A stretch of 64,000 bases of DNA from an uncultured Solirubrobacterales bacterium (GTDB lineage: Bacteria > Actinomycetota > Thermoleophilia > Solirubrobacterales > 70-9): assembly GCA_963715395.1 (NCBI GenBank), contig OY970238.1, positions 928,858 to 992,857 on the forward strand, written 5' to 3'. The notes beneath the pieces were generated by a model. The model was not told where the DNA came from, did not search any database, and saw nothing but the letters and a program-made list of their open reading frames with translations. Positions 10,781 through 19,226 of this stretch are shown here, one piece after another. Positions within the stretch are counted from its first letter, which is position 1, and each line of letters starts with the position of its first letter. The position numbers were made by a program, and so were the translations under genes.

Positions 10781-11025
10781 GCCCCCACAGTATCGAGCTT
10801 GGCGCGCACGGCTCCTTCGTCGAGGGCGAGCTCCGAGACGACGACTCCGTCGACCTCGACCACCGGGATCTTCTCGAGATACCGGCGCAAGAGCAGCTCA
10901 TGGCTGTCGACGTCGACCTCGTGGAGGCCGAAGCGGTAACCCTCTTGGTGCAGGGCGACGATCGCCTCGATCGCCTCTTCGCAGAGATGGCAGCCGGGTC
11001 GCGAGTAGACGACGATGTCCGTCAT
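10768..11025 (-). CDS. Small glutaredoxin-like protein (CxxC = CHLC)
   Basis: This 85-aa ORF begins MTDIVVYSRPGCHLCEEA... It overlaps rex by 13 nt and tsaD by 4 nt. Confidence 0.75.
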   Translation of the reverse strand: MTDIVVYSRPGCHLCEEAIEAIVALHQEGYRFGLHEVDVDSHELLLRRYLEKIPVVEVDGVVVSELALDEGAVRAKLDTVGAWSS

Positions 11026-12026
11026 GCGGCCTTGCGGGGGCCGGTGGCGAAGGCGTCGTAGCCGAGGTAGTCGGGATAGGCGATCGGCGTCGCGAACCGC
11101 GCCGCGGAGCCGATCATCGCTGCGTTGTCGGTGCAGAGCTCGCCCGGAACAAGCTTCAGGCGCACGTCCCGCTCCTCGCAGAGGGCCGCGATCGCCGCGC
11201 GCAGGGGGCCGTTGGCGGCGACCCCGCCGCCGAGCGCCACGGCATCCCAGTCGCCCTTCTTCAGCGCTCGCCTGGTTTTCGCCACGAGCTGGCCGACGAC
11301 CGCCGCCTGGAAGGAGGAGGCGAGGTCGGCGCGGCGCTCGGCTACCCCCTCATCGCCGAGTTCGCGGGCGCGGTAGACGAGCGCCGTCTTGAGGCCGCTG
11401 AAGCTGAAGTTGAGGCTGGGATCGCGGGCCATCGCCACCGGCATCTCGAACGCCTCCGGATCGCCATCGGCGGCGAGCTTTTCCAGTGCCGGCCCGCCCG
11501 GATAGCCGAGCCCGAGCAGTCGCGCCGACTTGTCGAACGCCTCCCCCGCCGCGTCGTCGAGGGTCTGGCCAAGCAGCTCGTGGCCGGCGTGGTCGCGAAC
11601 CCCAGCCAGCAGCGTGTGGCCGCCGCTGGCGACCAGGCAGAGGAAGGGCGGCTCCAGTGGCTCCGGCTCGAGGAAGTTGGCGGCGACGTGGCCCTGCAGG
11701 TGGTCGACCGGGATCAGCGGCAGCCGCCGCGATGCCGCGACCGCCTTGGCGGTGCTGATCCCGACCAGCAGGGCCCCGATCAGGCCCGGCCCAGCGGTCG
11801 CGGCGACGGCGTCGATGTCGTCGAGCCCTACCCCGGCCTGCTCCAGCGCCGCCGTCACCAGCGGCGCCGTCAGTTCCAGGTGGTGGCGGGAGGCGACCTC
11901 GGGGACGACGCCGCCGAAGGCCGCGTGCGCGGCCGCCTGGGAAGAAATCAGGTTCGAGAGGATCCGCGGGCCGTCGAGGACGGCCACGCAGGTGTCATCG
12001 CAGGAAGTCTCGATCGCGAGGATCAC
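11022..12026 (-). CDS. tsaD: tRNA N6-adenosine threonylcarbamoyltransferase
   Basis: The ORF reads MILAIETSCDDTCVAVLDG...VASRHH...GGHT...GGVAAN and is intact at 334 aa. Confidence 0.9.
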   Translation of the reverse strand: MILAIETSCDDTCVAVLDGPRILSNLISSQAAAHAAFGGVVPEVASRHHLELTAPLVTAALEQAGVGLDDIDAVAATAGPGLIGALLVGISTAKAVAASRRLPLIPVDHLQGHVAANFLEPEPLEPPFLCLVASGGHTLLAGVRDHAGHELLGQTLDDAAGEAFDKSARLLGLGYPGGPALEKLAADGDPEAFEMPVAMARDPSLNFSFSGLKTALVYRARELGDEGVAERRADLASSFQAAVVGQLVAKTRRALKKGDWDAVALGGGVAANGPLRAAIAALCEERDVRLKLVPGELCTDNAAMIGSAARFATPIAYPDYLGYDAFATGPRKAA

Positions 12027-12047
12027 GAGCGTCTCAGTCGAGCCACA

Positions 12048-12518
12048 TCAGTCGAGCCACATGATTAGCGCGTCCTCGCCGTTGTCGTGGTAATAGCGAG
12101 GACGGACGCCGGCGGAGCGGAAGCCAAATCGTTCATACATCCCGATCGCCTGGTGGTTGGAGACGCGGACCTCGAGCGTGAAGGGCAAGACGCCACGGGC
12201 CTCGTCGAAGAGGCGGGTCAGCAGTTTGCCGGCGACACCGTTGCGGCGCTGCTCCGGCGCCACGGCGATGTTCATCAGGTGCCAGACCTGGTCGTAGCGC
12301 GAGCAGATCACGTAGCCGAGCAGCTCGTCTCCGGCGCTCGCCGCGAGGCAGATGCCCGACGGCTTCGAGAGCTCGAGGACGAACATCGCCAGCGACCAGG
12401 GGGTCGGGAAGGAGCGGCGCTCGATCGCGATCACCGCCGGCAGGTCGCTGTAGGCGAGCCTGCGCACCTGAACGCTGTCGGTCAGGTCACTCGGCTTTCT
12501 GGAAAGAATCTCGCTCAC
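12048..12518 (-). CDS. rimI: Ribosomal-protein-alanine N-acetyltransferase (GNAT)
   Basis: The ORF reads ...IAIERRSFPTPWSLAMF...LMNIAVAPEQRRNGVAGKLL...AIGMYERFGF... I chose the GTG at 12518 as the start; the ORF-track start at 12635 would overlap tsaB heavily. Confidence 0.8.
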   Translation of the reverse strand: MSEILSRKPSDLTDSVQVRRLAYSDLPAVIAIERRSFPTPWSLAMFVLELSKPSGICLAASAGDELLGYVICSRYDQVWHLMNIAVAPEQRRNGVAGKLLTRLFDEARGVLPFTLEVRVSNHQAIGMYERFGFRSAGVRPRYYHDNGEDALIMWLD

Positions 12519-13185
12519 GCCACCGCTCCGCGTCGGGAGGTCTGAGGTAGATCGGGGCGAGCGGGCCCCCGCCTCCCGAAGCTGCCGCGAGAGCGCAAAC
12601 ATGCCGCGCGGCAACCCGGTGAACAGGGTCGGCATCGTCCGCTATCCGGACGCCGTGCCGGGCCAACTCGTCCCGGAATCGTACCGCCCCCGAGCCGGCG
12701 GCCTGGAGCGGCGCCCCGAGGCCGGCGACGCGCTCCTCCAACTCGTCGGGCCGGCAAACCAGCGGCCCCCAGATGCGCTCGCCATCGGCGGCGTAGAGCG
12801 CGGCGAAAGCCTCGCCACGGCGAGCGTCGAGAACCGCGAGGTGATCCCCCACCGCTCCGTTCTCCCGCATCCCCAGCCCGATCGCGTCGAGCGTGCAGAC
12901 GCCGGCGATCGGCAGGCCGAGGCTGGCGCCGAGCCCGCGCGCGGTGGCGATCCCGATCCGCAGGCCGGTGAAGGACCCGGGGCCGAGGCCGACCCCGAGC
13001 AGGTCGACGTTCTCCCAGCCCCCCGCGACGGCGGCGCAGGCCTCCACCTCGGCGAGCAGCGCGGTCGCATGGCGGGGAGACCCCTCGGAGGAGGGCCCCA
13101 GCAGCGACTCGTTCAAGACCTCGCCGTCGCGCCAGGCGCAGGCGGCGGTGTCGGCAGTCGCGGTGTCGAAGCCGACGACGACCAG
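12487..13185 (-). CDS. tsaB: tRNA threonylcarbamoyladenosine biosynthesis protein TsaB; start codon unclear
   Basis: The ORF contains LGVGLGPGSFTGLRIGIATARGL. The conserved N-terminal VVVGFDTATADTAACAW lies in frame upstream of the first ATG/GTG/TTG (13116). The only plausible initiator is the CTG at 13185. Confidence 0.7.
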   Translation of the reverse strand: MVVVGFDTATADTAACAWRDGEVLNESLLGPSSEGSPRHATALLAEVEACAAVAGGWENVDLLGVGLGPGSFTGLRIGIATARGLGASLGLPIAGVCTLDAIGLGMRENGAVGDHLAVLDARRGEAFAALYAADGERIWGPLVCRPDELEERVAGLGAPLQAAGSGAVRFRDELARHGVRIADDADPVHRVAARHVCALAAASGGGGPLAPIYLRPPDAERWRERDSFQKAE

Positions 13186-13198
13186 CGCAGTGCCGCTT

Positions 13199-13573
13199 CT
13201 AGGCCTTGACCCTGAAGACGAAGGATCCGACTTTTTTGCCCTCGACGAACCAGGTGACGCGGTGCTTGCCGGGGATGGTCGACGTGACCTTGTTCACGTA
13301 GAGGGTCCCCTGGGTCGCCTCTTGTTTTTTGGCGCAGAGGTTTTTGCCGCTCGGGAATTTGACGCAGACGCTGTAGCTGACGTCAGCTTTGAGGCTTTTG
13401 AAGAAGGCGCCCTTTTTGCTCCCCTTCGGGCAGACGTGCGAGGGAGTGGCGTTGCGGGAGATTCCGCAGCCAACGTAGTGCTTGAACGCCGCCGCGCTGG
13501 CGGTGGCGGGCACCGCGCCGATCAGCAGCCCGCTGACTACCAGTGCCGCCGAGAGCGCTTTCAGTCCCTTCAT
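13199..13573 (-). CDS. Small Lys-rich secreted protein with four Cys; unknown function
   Basis: The protein begins MKGLKALSAALVVSGLLIGAVPATASA (signal peptide) and has a 97-aa mature part with C...C...C...C spacing. Local GC is visibly lower than in the flanking genes. Confidence 0.65.
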   Translation of the reverse strand: MKGLKALSAALVVSGLLIGAVPATASAAAFKHYVGCGISRNATPSHVCPKGSKKGAFFKSLKADVSYSVCVKFPSGKNLCAKKQEATQGTLYVNKVTSTIPGKHRVTWFVEGKKVGSFVFRVKA

Positions 13574-13696
13574 TGCGTCCTTCCCTTCGTGGATCGAGTT
13601 CTGCGCCGATGCTACAAGTGTTCGCTGCTCCACCGAACACGCCTGCATGGCACTCGGTGCGGGCCCGGCGGGGATGCAAGCGGTCGATAATCGACG

Positions 13697-14113
13697 TCAC
13701 CACTCGATCTCGGCGACACGGGTCTCGCCGCCGGCGTGCTCGAGCCGGATCTCGAGCGCCGGCCGCCCCAGGCGGTCGGCGCCGACAGCCGGCCACTCGA
13801 CGAAGGCGACGCCATCCGCGCCCAGATAGTCGTCGAGCAGAGCCGGGTCCTCACCTTCGAGGCTTTCGAGCCGGTAGAGGTCGAGATGGGAGACCGGCAG
13901 GCGGCCGCCCACGTAGCGCTGCCCGATCGTGAAGGTCGGCGAGGTGACTGGTTCCTCGATCCCCAGCGCCCGGCAGGCGCCGCGGATCAGGGTCGTCTTG
14001 CCGGCGCCGAGGTCGCCGCTGACGACGACGACGTCGCCCGGCCCGAGGCGCTCGGCGACGCGCGCCCCGAGCGCTTCGGTCTCGGCCGCGGAATGGGTCT
14101 CGATCCGCTCCAA
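13697..14113 (-). CDS. tsaE: tRNA threonylcarbamoyladenosine biosynthesis ATPase TsaE
   Basis: The ORF has a P-loop (GDLGAGKTTLIRG) and SPTFTI...HLDLYRL. It is intact at 138 aa. Confidence 0.9.
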   Translation of the reverse strand: MERIETHSAAETEALGARVAERLGPGDVVVVSGDLGAGKTTLIRGACRALGIEEPVTSPTFTIGQRYVGGRLPVSHLDLYRLESLEGEDPALLDDYLGADGVAFVEWPAVGADRLGRPALEIRLEHAGGETRVAEIEW

Positions 14114-14117
14114 CGGG

Positions 14118-14804
14118 TCAGCCGAACATGTCCAGCTGGTCGGCGGGCGGTGGCGGGGTCGATCCCTCTTCGGCTTCCGCCTCGGCGATCTCCTCGGGGC
14201 TGGGCGCCGGCGTCAGCGCGGGGCCGGAGAGCAGCCCCGGAATGGTGGCGAAGTCGCCGCGCAGCGTCTCCTTCATCGCCGGCGTGCGCAGGGCGGCGGC
14301 CGGGTGCAGCAGCGGCAGCAGGAAAACCGTGCGGCTGCCCAGATCGTGGACCTGGGGCGTACCGCGGACCTTGGTGATCCCGACCGGGCTGCCCGTGAGC
14401 AGCTTGGTCGCGAAGTTGCCGAGCGTGCAGACCACCTTCGGCTCGATCAGCCGAACCTGCTCGAACAGATAGGGCTCGCAGGCGGCGATCTCCAACGGCT
14501 GCGGGTCGCGGTTGCCGGGCGGTCGCGACTTCAGCACGTTGGCGATGAAGACGTCCTCGCGTGAGAGCCCGATCTCTTCCAGAAGCTGGTTCAGGAGCTG
14601 GCCGGCGCGGCCGACGAAGGGCAGGCCCTGCCGGTCCTCTTCCGCCCCCGGCGCCTCGCCGACGAACATCAGCTCGGCGTTGGCGTTGCCGGCTCCGAAC
14701 ACGGCCTTGGTGCGGGTCTCGTGCAGGGGGCACTTGGTGCAGGTCGAGACCTCCTTGTAGAGGGCGACGAGCTGCTCGCGGCGCTGCTCCGCGGTAGGGC
14801 TCAT
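14118..14804 (-). CDS. Uracil-DNA glycosylase, family 4
   Basis: The ORF reads [71 protein letters not shown]...HPAAALR. Its ATG at 14804 overlaps the upstream stop (ATGA). Confidence 0.85.
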   Translation of the reverse strand: MSPTAEQRREQLVALYKEVSTCTKCPLHETRTKAVFGAGNANAELMFVGEAPGAEEDRQGLPFVGRAGQLLNQLLEEIGLSREDVFIANVLKSRPPGNRDPQPLEIAACEPYLFEQVRLIEPKVVCTLGNFATKLLTGSPVGITKVRGTPQVHDLGSRTVFLLPLLHPAAALRTPAMKETLRGDFATIPGLLSGPALTPAPSPEEIAEAEAEEGSTPPPPADQLDMFG

Positions 14805-15088
14805 TTCTTCCCCTTCCTGGCGGCTGGCTTGACGCTCTCCCCCGCCGCCCGCTTCTTGCGCGACTCGGCGATCCGGGCCTGCCGCGCCGCTTCCCGCTCG
14901 ACGCGGCGCGATTCGTCGGAGCGCACGGCGGCGCCGCGCGGCTGCCGGCCCGGCGGCGAAACACTGGAGAGCAGCCGTCGCGTCCGCGACGAGCCGCACT
15001 GGGCGCAGACGGCCGCTGTCTCGCCCGCGGCCACCAGCTCCTCGAAGCGAACCCCGCACTCCTGGCACTCGAACTCGTAGATCGGCAT
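14801..15088 (-). CDS. FmdB-family zinc-ribbon protein
   Basis: The ORF reads MPIYEFECQECGVRFEELV...CAQCGS and has a basic tail. Confidence 0.8.
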   Translation of the reverse strand: MPIYEFECQECGVRFEELVAAGETAAVCAQCGSSRTRRLLSSVSPPGRQPRGAAVRSDESRRVEREAARQARIAESRKKRAAGESVKPAARKGKK

Positions 15089-15148
15089 CGGCAGAGTCCA
15101 TCGTAGTTCGGCCGGTCCACGCGATCGTTGTTCAAATAGTCTGGCCGA

Positions 15149-16273
15149 ATGAAGTCATGGCTGGGGGCGGCAGGAGCGTTGGCGGCAATCGTCGCGGCCG
15201 CGGCCGTCCTCGCGGCGCCCGCGGGGGCCGCGGCGAAGGATCACGAGGTGCGAGCGGGCTCCTTCTCGGCTGGCTTCCTGCTCCAGGCCAGTAACGGCTA
15301 TGACCTCGTCCTGTTCGCGGCGGGGCACGACCGCGTCTCGCTGGTGGCGGCTAAAGGCGGGGTGACGGTCACCTACGACGCGCATGGCAGCGCTTCCCGC
15401 AAAGGGATCGAGGCGAACTTCGGCCCGTTTGGCCGCGTCTCCGTCCGCCTCGACGACACGCCCCTGCGCCGCGGTGGCGGCAAGCGGTCAGGCTCCGCCT
15501 GCAAGGGACGAGAGGACATCCGCTGGGAAGGCATCTTTCGCGGCACGATCGAGTTCCGCGGCGAGAACGGCTACACCGAGGTCGATGCCGACCGCGCCCG
15601 CGGCGGCTTCAACCGCACCTTCAGACAGGTCTGTGAGGTGAAGGAGCAGCGTCGGAAGCCGGACCGCCCGAAGTCGGGGAAACCGCCACGTGCACCCCGA
15701 ATCGACATGGACTACAGCTTTCTCTCCGCTCAATCCACGACGGACGGGCGGCGGACCGAATTCGGTCTGGTCGCGGCCGCGTTCGACTTCGGAGGGAAGA
15801 AGGCCCCGCCGACCCTCATACCGCTGGCGTTCGTCGACACCAAGGAGCGCGTCGGAAAAGTGACGGTCTCCCGGAGCGCCTTCACCATCGGCGACGAAGG
15901 ATCCCTGCTCACCGGCAGCCCGGAGGACCAACCGATTGAGGCGACCGTGACGCTGCCAAAGCCGTTCTCCGGCACCGCCACCTACCTGCGCGAGGTCGGC
16001 TCTTCCCCCTCCTGGACCGGCCTTTTCGGCGTGCGGCTGCCGGGGGCCGGCCTCGTGCCGCTGACCGGCGAGGGCTTCGGGGTCGACTTCTGCCAGGGGC
16101 GGGGCCGCAAACGCCTCTTCGCCTGTCTGCGGCGGAGTAGCCAAACCCCGCCGGGAACCGCCACGGTTGAGCGTGCCGCTCTGTCGCTCCTCGGCCACCC
16201 GGGAGCGCTGCCTCAGGGCAGCGGCTCCCAGTCCCAGCTCTTCGCTGACGCCAGGCTCTCCTGGTCGAGGTAG
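15149..16273 (+). CDS. Secreted protein of unknown function; paralog of 44191-45138
   Basis: It has a signal peptide (MKSWLGAAGALAAIVAAAAVLAAPAGAAA). It shares the blocks FRGTIEFRGENGYTE and PFSGTATY...WTG...LPG...PLTG with the other copy. Its 3' end overlaps panB convergently by 61 nt. Confidence 0.65.
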   Translation: MKSWLGAAGALAAIVAAAAVLAAPAGAAAKDHEVRAGSFSAGFLLQASNGYDLVLFAAGHDRVSLVAAKGGVTVTYDAHGSASRKGIEANFGPFGRVSVRLDDTPLRRGGGKRSGSACKGREDIRWEGIFRGTIEFRGENGYTEVDADRARGGFNRTFRQVCEVKEQRRKPDRPKSGKPPRAPRIDMDYSFLSAQSTTDGRRTEFGLVAAAFDFGGKKAPPTLIPLAFVDTKERVGKVTVSRSAFTIGDEGSLLTGSPEDQPIEATVTLPKPFSGTATYLREVGSSPSWTGLFGVRLPGAGLVPLTGEGFGVDFCQGRGRKRLFACLRRSSQTPPGTATVERAALSLLGHPGALPQGSGSQSQLFADARLSWSR

Positions 16274-17148
16274 CGGCGGAACTCGTCCAGCTCGGCCGGC
16301 TCGACGCTGTAGACGTGGTCGGGTTCGGGGAAGTGACGGGAGCGGACCTCGGCGGCGTAGCGCTCCACCCCGTCGACCATCTGCTCGTGGACATTGGCGT
16401 AGCGCTTGACGAATTTGGCCATGTGGCCGGTGGTGATGCCGAGCAGGTCATGGAAGACCAGCACCTGGCCTGAGGTGGACGGGCCGGCGCCGATGCCGAT
16501 CGTCGGGATCTCGAGCTTTTTCGCGATCGCTTCCGTTATCGCGGCCGGGACGGCCTCGATCACGATCGCGAAGCAACCGACCGACTGCAGCGCCAGGGCG
16601 TCCTCGCTGACCTTGATCGCGTCCTTCGCGGTCTTGCCCTGGGCTTTGTAGCCGCCGAGCGCGGTCGCGGTCTGCGGCGTCAGGCCGACGTGGCCCATGA
16701 CCGGGATGCCGGAGCGCACGATCGCCCGCGCCCGCTCGACGGCGATGCCGCCGGCCTCCAGCTTGACCACCTGGCAGCCGGTCTCCTTGACCAGCCGCTG
16801 GGCGCTCTGGATCGCCAGCTCGTTGCTCGACTCGTAGCTGCCCATCGGCATGTCGCCGATCATCAGCGGCGTCTTCAGGCCGCGGCGCACGGCCTTGCCG
16901 AGGACGATCATCTCCTCCATCGAGACCATCTCGGTCCCGGGGTAGCCGAGCACGACGTTGGCCGCCGAGTCGCCGACGAGGACGATGTCGACGCCGGCCT
17001 CCTCGGCCACGGTCGCCGACGGGTAGTCGTAGGCGGTGACCATCGCGATCGGTTCGCCGTTGGCCTTCATCTCGGCCAGGCGCGGCAGGCTGACCGGGCT
17101 GCGCCCGGCGGGTGGCGGTGCGGTGTGGGAGCGGCCGCCGGAGCTCAT
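16213..17148 (-). CDS. panB: 3-methyl-2-oxobutanoate hydroxymethyltransferase
   Basis: The ORF reads ...IAMVTAYDYPSA...VLVGDS...VGDMPFGSY-like MIGDMPMGSY...VKLEGG-like VKLEAG...GHVGLTPQ and is intact. Confidence 0.9.
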   Translation of the reverse strand: MSSGGRSHTAPPPAGRSPVSLPRLAEMKANGEPIAMVTAYDYPSATVAEEAGVDIVLVGDSAANVVLGYPGTEMVSMEEMIVLGKAVRRGLKTPLMIGDMPMGSYESSNELAIQSAQRLVKETGCQVVKLEAGGIAVERARAIVRSGIPVMGHVGLTPQTATALGGYKAQGKTAKDAIKVSEDALALQSVGCFAIVIEAVPAAITEAIAKKLEIPTIGIGAGPSTSGQVLVFHDLLGITTGHMAKFVKRYANVHEQMVDGVERYAAEVRSRHFPEPDHVYSVEPAELDEFRRYLDQESLASAKSWDWEPLP

Positions 17149-17525
17149 GAGAGCAGCACCTCGGGGCGGCTGTCGACCGCGACCGAGCGGTTGTCCTCGT
17201 CGACGTGGACGACGACCGGCGAGTAGCGCTCGAGGTCGCTCTCGTCGTAGGCGCCGAAGGAGGCGACGATGATCTTGTGGCCGGGCGCGGTCAGGTGCGC
17301 GGCGGCGCCGTTGACCTGCATCGTGCCGGAGCCGGGCTCGCCGTCGATCACGTAGGTGACGAAGCGCGAGCCGTTGTCGATGTCCCAGACGTGAACCTGC
17401 TCGTTGGTGATCAGATCGGCCTGGGCCATCAGCTCGGTGTCGATCGTGATGCTGCCGATGTAGTCGACGTCACAGTCGGTGACCGTCGCCCGGTGGATCT
17501 TCGACTTCAGCATCTGTCTCTGCAT
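17145..17525 (-). CDS. panD: Aspartate 1-decarboxylase
   Basis: The ORF reads MLKSKIHRATVTDCDVDYIGSITID...YVI.G..GSG and is intact at 126 aa. Confidence 0.9.
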   Translation of the reverse strand: MQRQMLKSKIHRATVTDCDVDYIGSITIDTELMAQADLITNEQVHVWDIDNGSRFVTYVIDGEPGSGTMQVNGAAAHLTAPGHKIIVASFGAYDESDLERYSPVVVHVDEDNRSVAVDSRPEVLLS

Positions 17526-17551
17526 TGGTCTCCCTTCGCCGTGCTACGTGG

Positions 17552-18448
17552 TCAAGGTCGGATCAAGACGTTGTCGATCAGGCGCGCGCCGCCGACCCGG
17601 GCGGCGACGGCGACCAGCACCGGGCGGCCGTTGAGCTCGGCGACCGGCTCCAGCAGCTCGGCGTCGCGGGCCTCCAGGTACTCGGGCTCGATGCCGGCGG
17701 CGGCGAGCTCGCGACGGGCGGCTTGGAGACCGGCCGGCAGCGAGTCCTCACGCGCGGCGCGCTCGGCCGCCTGGAGCGCTCGCGAGAGGGCGACCGCGCG
17801 CTGGCGGCCCTCCTCGTCGAGATAGGCGTTGCGCGAGCTCATCGCCAGCCCGTCGACCTCGCGCACGGTCGGCAGCACCTCGATCCGCACCGGGAAGTCG
17901 AGGTCGCGGACCATGCGGCGGATCACCGCCGCCTGCTGGGCGTCCTTCTGGCCGAAGTAGGCGACGTCGGGCTGGATGGTGTTGAAGAGCTTGGCGACGA
18001 CCGTGGTGACGCCGCGGAAGTGGGCGACGCCGCGCCAGGCGGGGTCGCCGTCGAGGACCTCGGTCAGGTTGCCGCCGACCCCGACCGAGGTGGCGAAGCC
18101 GTCGGGGTAGACCTCGGCGACGGAGGGGGCGTAGACGAGGTCGACGCCCACTTCGCTCGCCATGCGCAGGTCGCGCTCCTCGTCGCGCGGGTAGCGGTCC
18201 AGGTCCTCGCCGGGGCCGAACTGGGTCGGGTTGACGAAGAGGCTCATCACGACCACGTCGCACTCGGCGCGGGCCGCGCGCAGCAGTGAGAGGTGGCCCT
18301 CGTGCAGGTAACCCATCGTCGGGACGAGCCCGATCGTCCGCCCCTGACGGCGCGGCGCTTCCAGCTCCGCGCGTAGCGCAGCCTTGGCGCGCAGCACGCG
18401 GGCGCCTTCGTTCCGGGGGGAGTTGGCGAGGCTGAGGTCCGAGTTCAT
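17552..18448 (-). CDS. panC: Pantoate-beta-alanine ligase
   Basis: The ORF contains GLVPTMGYLHEGHLSLLRAAR...SLFVNPTQFGPGEDL..YPR. I chose the ATG at 18448 as the start. Confidence 0.9.
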   Translation of the reverse strand: MNSDLSLANSPRNEGARVLRAKAALRAELEAPRRQGRTIGLVPTMGYLHEGHLSLLRAARAECDVVVMSLFVNPTQFGPGEDLDRYPRDEERDLRMASEVGVDLVYAPSVAEVYPDGFATSVGVGGNLTEVLDGDPAWRGVAHFRGVTTVVAKLFNTIQPDVAYFGQKDAQQAAVIRRMVRDLDFPVRIEVLPTVREVDGLAMSSRNAYLDEEGRQRAVALSRALQAAERAAREDSLPAGLQAARRELAAAGIEPEYLEARDAELLEPVAELNGRPVLVAVAARVGGARLIDNVLIRP

Positions 18449-18538
18449 AGGTCCATGCCCTCCAGGGTCACGGCCATTCGTGCCGAAATTATAGGCACTC
18501 AGTGACGGAATTCCGCCGATTTGCACATGCCTATCCGC

Positions 18539-19138
18539 TTAGGGAGTGCCGAAATCGATCGCTCGCAGCGCTTTTGCGGGCGCGCCGGCGGCGATCGTGC
18601 GCGGGGGCAGGTCGCGGTTGACGACTGAATTGGCACCGATCACGCAGCGCTCGCCGACCGTGACGCCGCTGGTGACGGCGCAGTTGACGCCGAACCAGCA
18701 GTTGGCGCCGACCTCGACCGGGCCCTTGGAGGTGAAGCCCTGTTCGGTGATCGGCCGGTCCGGGTCGTCGAAGCGGTGATCGGCGTCGCCGACGAAGCAG
18801 CCGTTGGCGAGCATCGTATGGTCGCCGATCGAGACCCGCCCGTGGGCGGCGATCATCGTGTTGCGGTTGAGGAAGCAGCCGGCGCCGATCTCGATCCGGG
18901 CGTCGGGGGCGAGGGTCAGCCAGCAGCCGGGCTCCAGCAGCGTCCCCTCGCCGATCGTCAGCCGCCCCTCGTCGAGCGCCTCGAGCACCTCCCCCTCGAC
19001 CGGATAGCGGATGAAGAAGCCGCCCCGGGCGGCGTGTCGGTCGATCCGGCGGCGGCGCAGCCAGCGGCGATTGCGCTCGTACCAGCGCCGCTTCGCCCAC
19101 CAGACCCGCCAGCCCCGCTGTCCCCCTAAGGCACTCAT
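18539..19138 (-). CDS. Hexapeptide-repeat (left-handed beta-helix) acetyltransferase
   Basis: Imperfect hexapeptide repeats are visible (IEIGAGCFLNRNTMIAAHGRVSIGDHTMLANGCFVGD...VEVGANCWFGVNCAVTSGVTVGERCVIGANSVV). I chose the ATG at 19138. The ORF-track start at 19213 would read through a palindromic, low-GC intergenic element. Confidence 0.75.
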   Translation of the reverse strand: MSALGGQRGWRVWWAKRRWYERNRRWLRRRRIDRHAARGGFFIRYPVEGEVLEALDEGRLTIGEGTLLEPGCWLTLAPDARIEIGAGCFLNRNTMIAAHGRVSIGDHTMLANGCFVGDADHRFDDPDRPITEQGFTSKGPVEVGANCWFGVNCAVTSGVTVGERCVIGANSVVNRDLPPRTIAAGAPAKALRAIDFGTP

Positions 19139-19163
19139 CCCCCGGAACGCTATGCGAATTTGG

Positions 19164-19210
19164 TTGATGGGCCGAAAACCCTCCATATAGGCGTATTTTC
19201 GGCCCATCAA
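19164..19210. promoter_or_regulatory. Perfect 15-bp inverted repeat with a 17-nt spacer, in the divergent gap between the acetyltransferase and the ROK kinase
   Basis: ttgatgggccgaaaa (19164-19178) and ttttcggcccatcaa (19196-19210) are exact reverse complements. The spacer is ccctccatataggcgta. Confidence 0.6.
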
Positions 19211-19226
19211 CACATAGACTGCGCCC

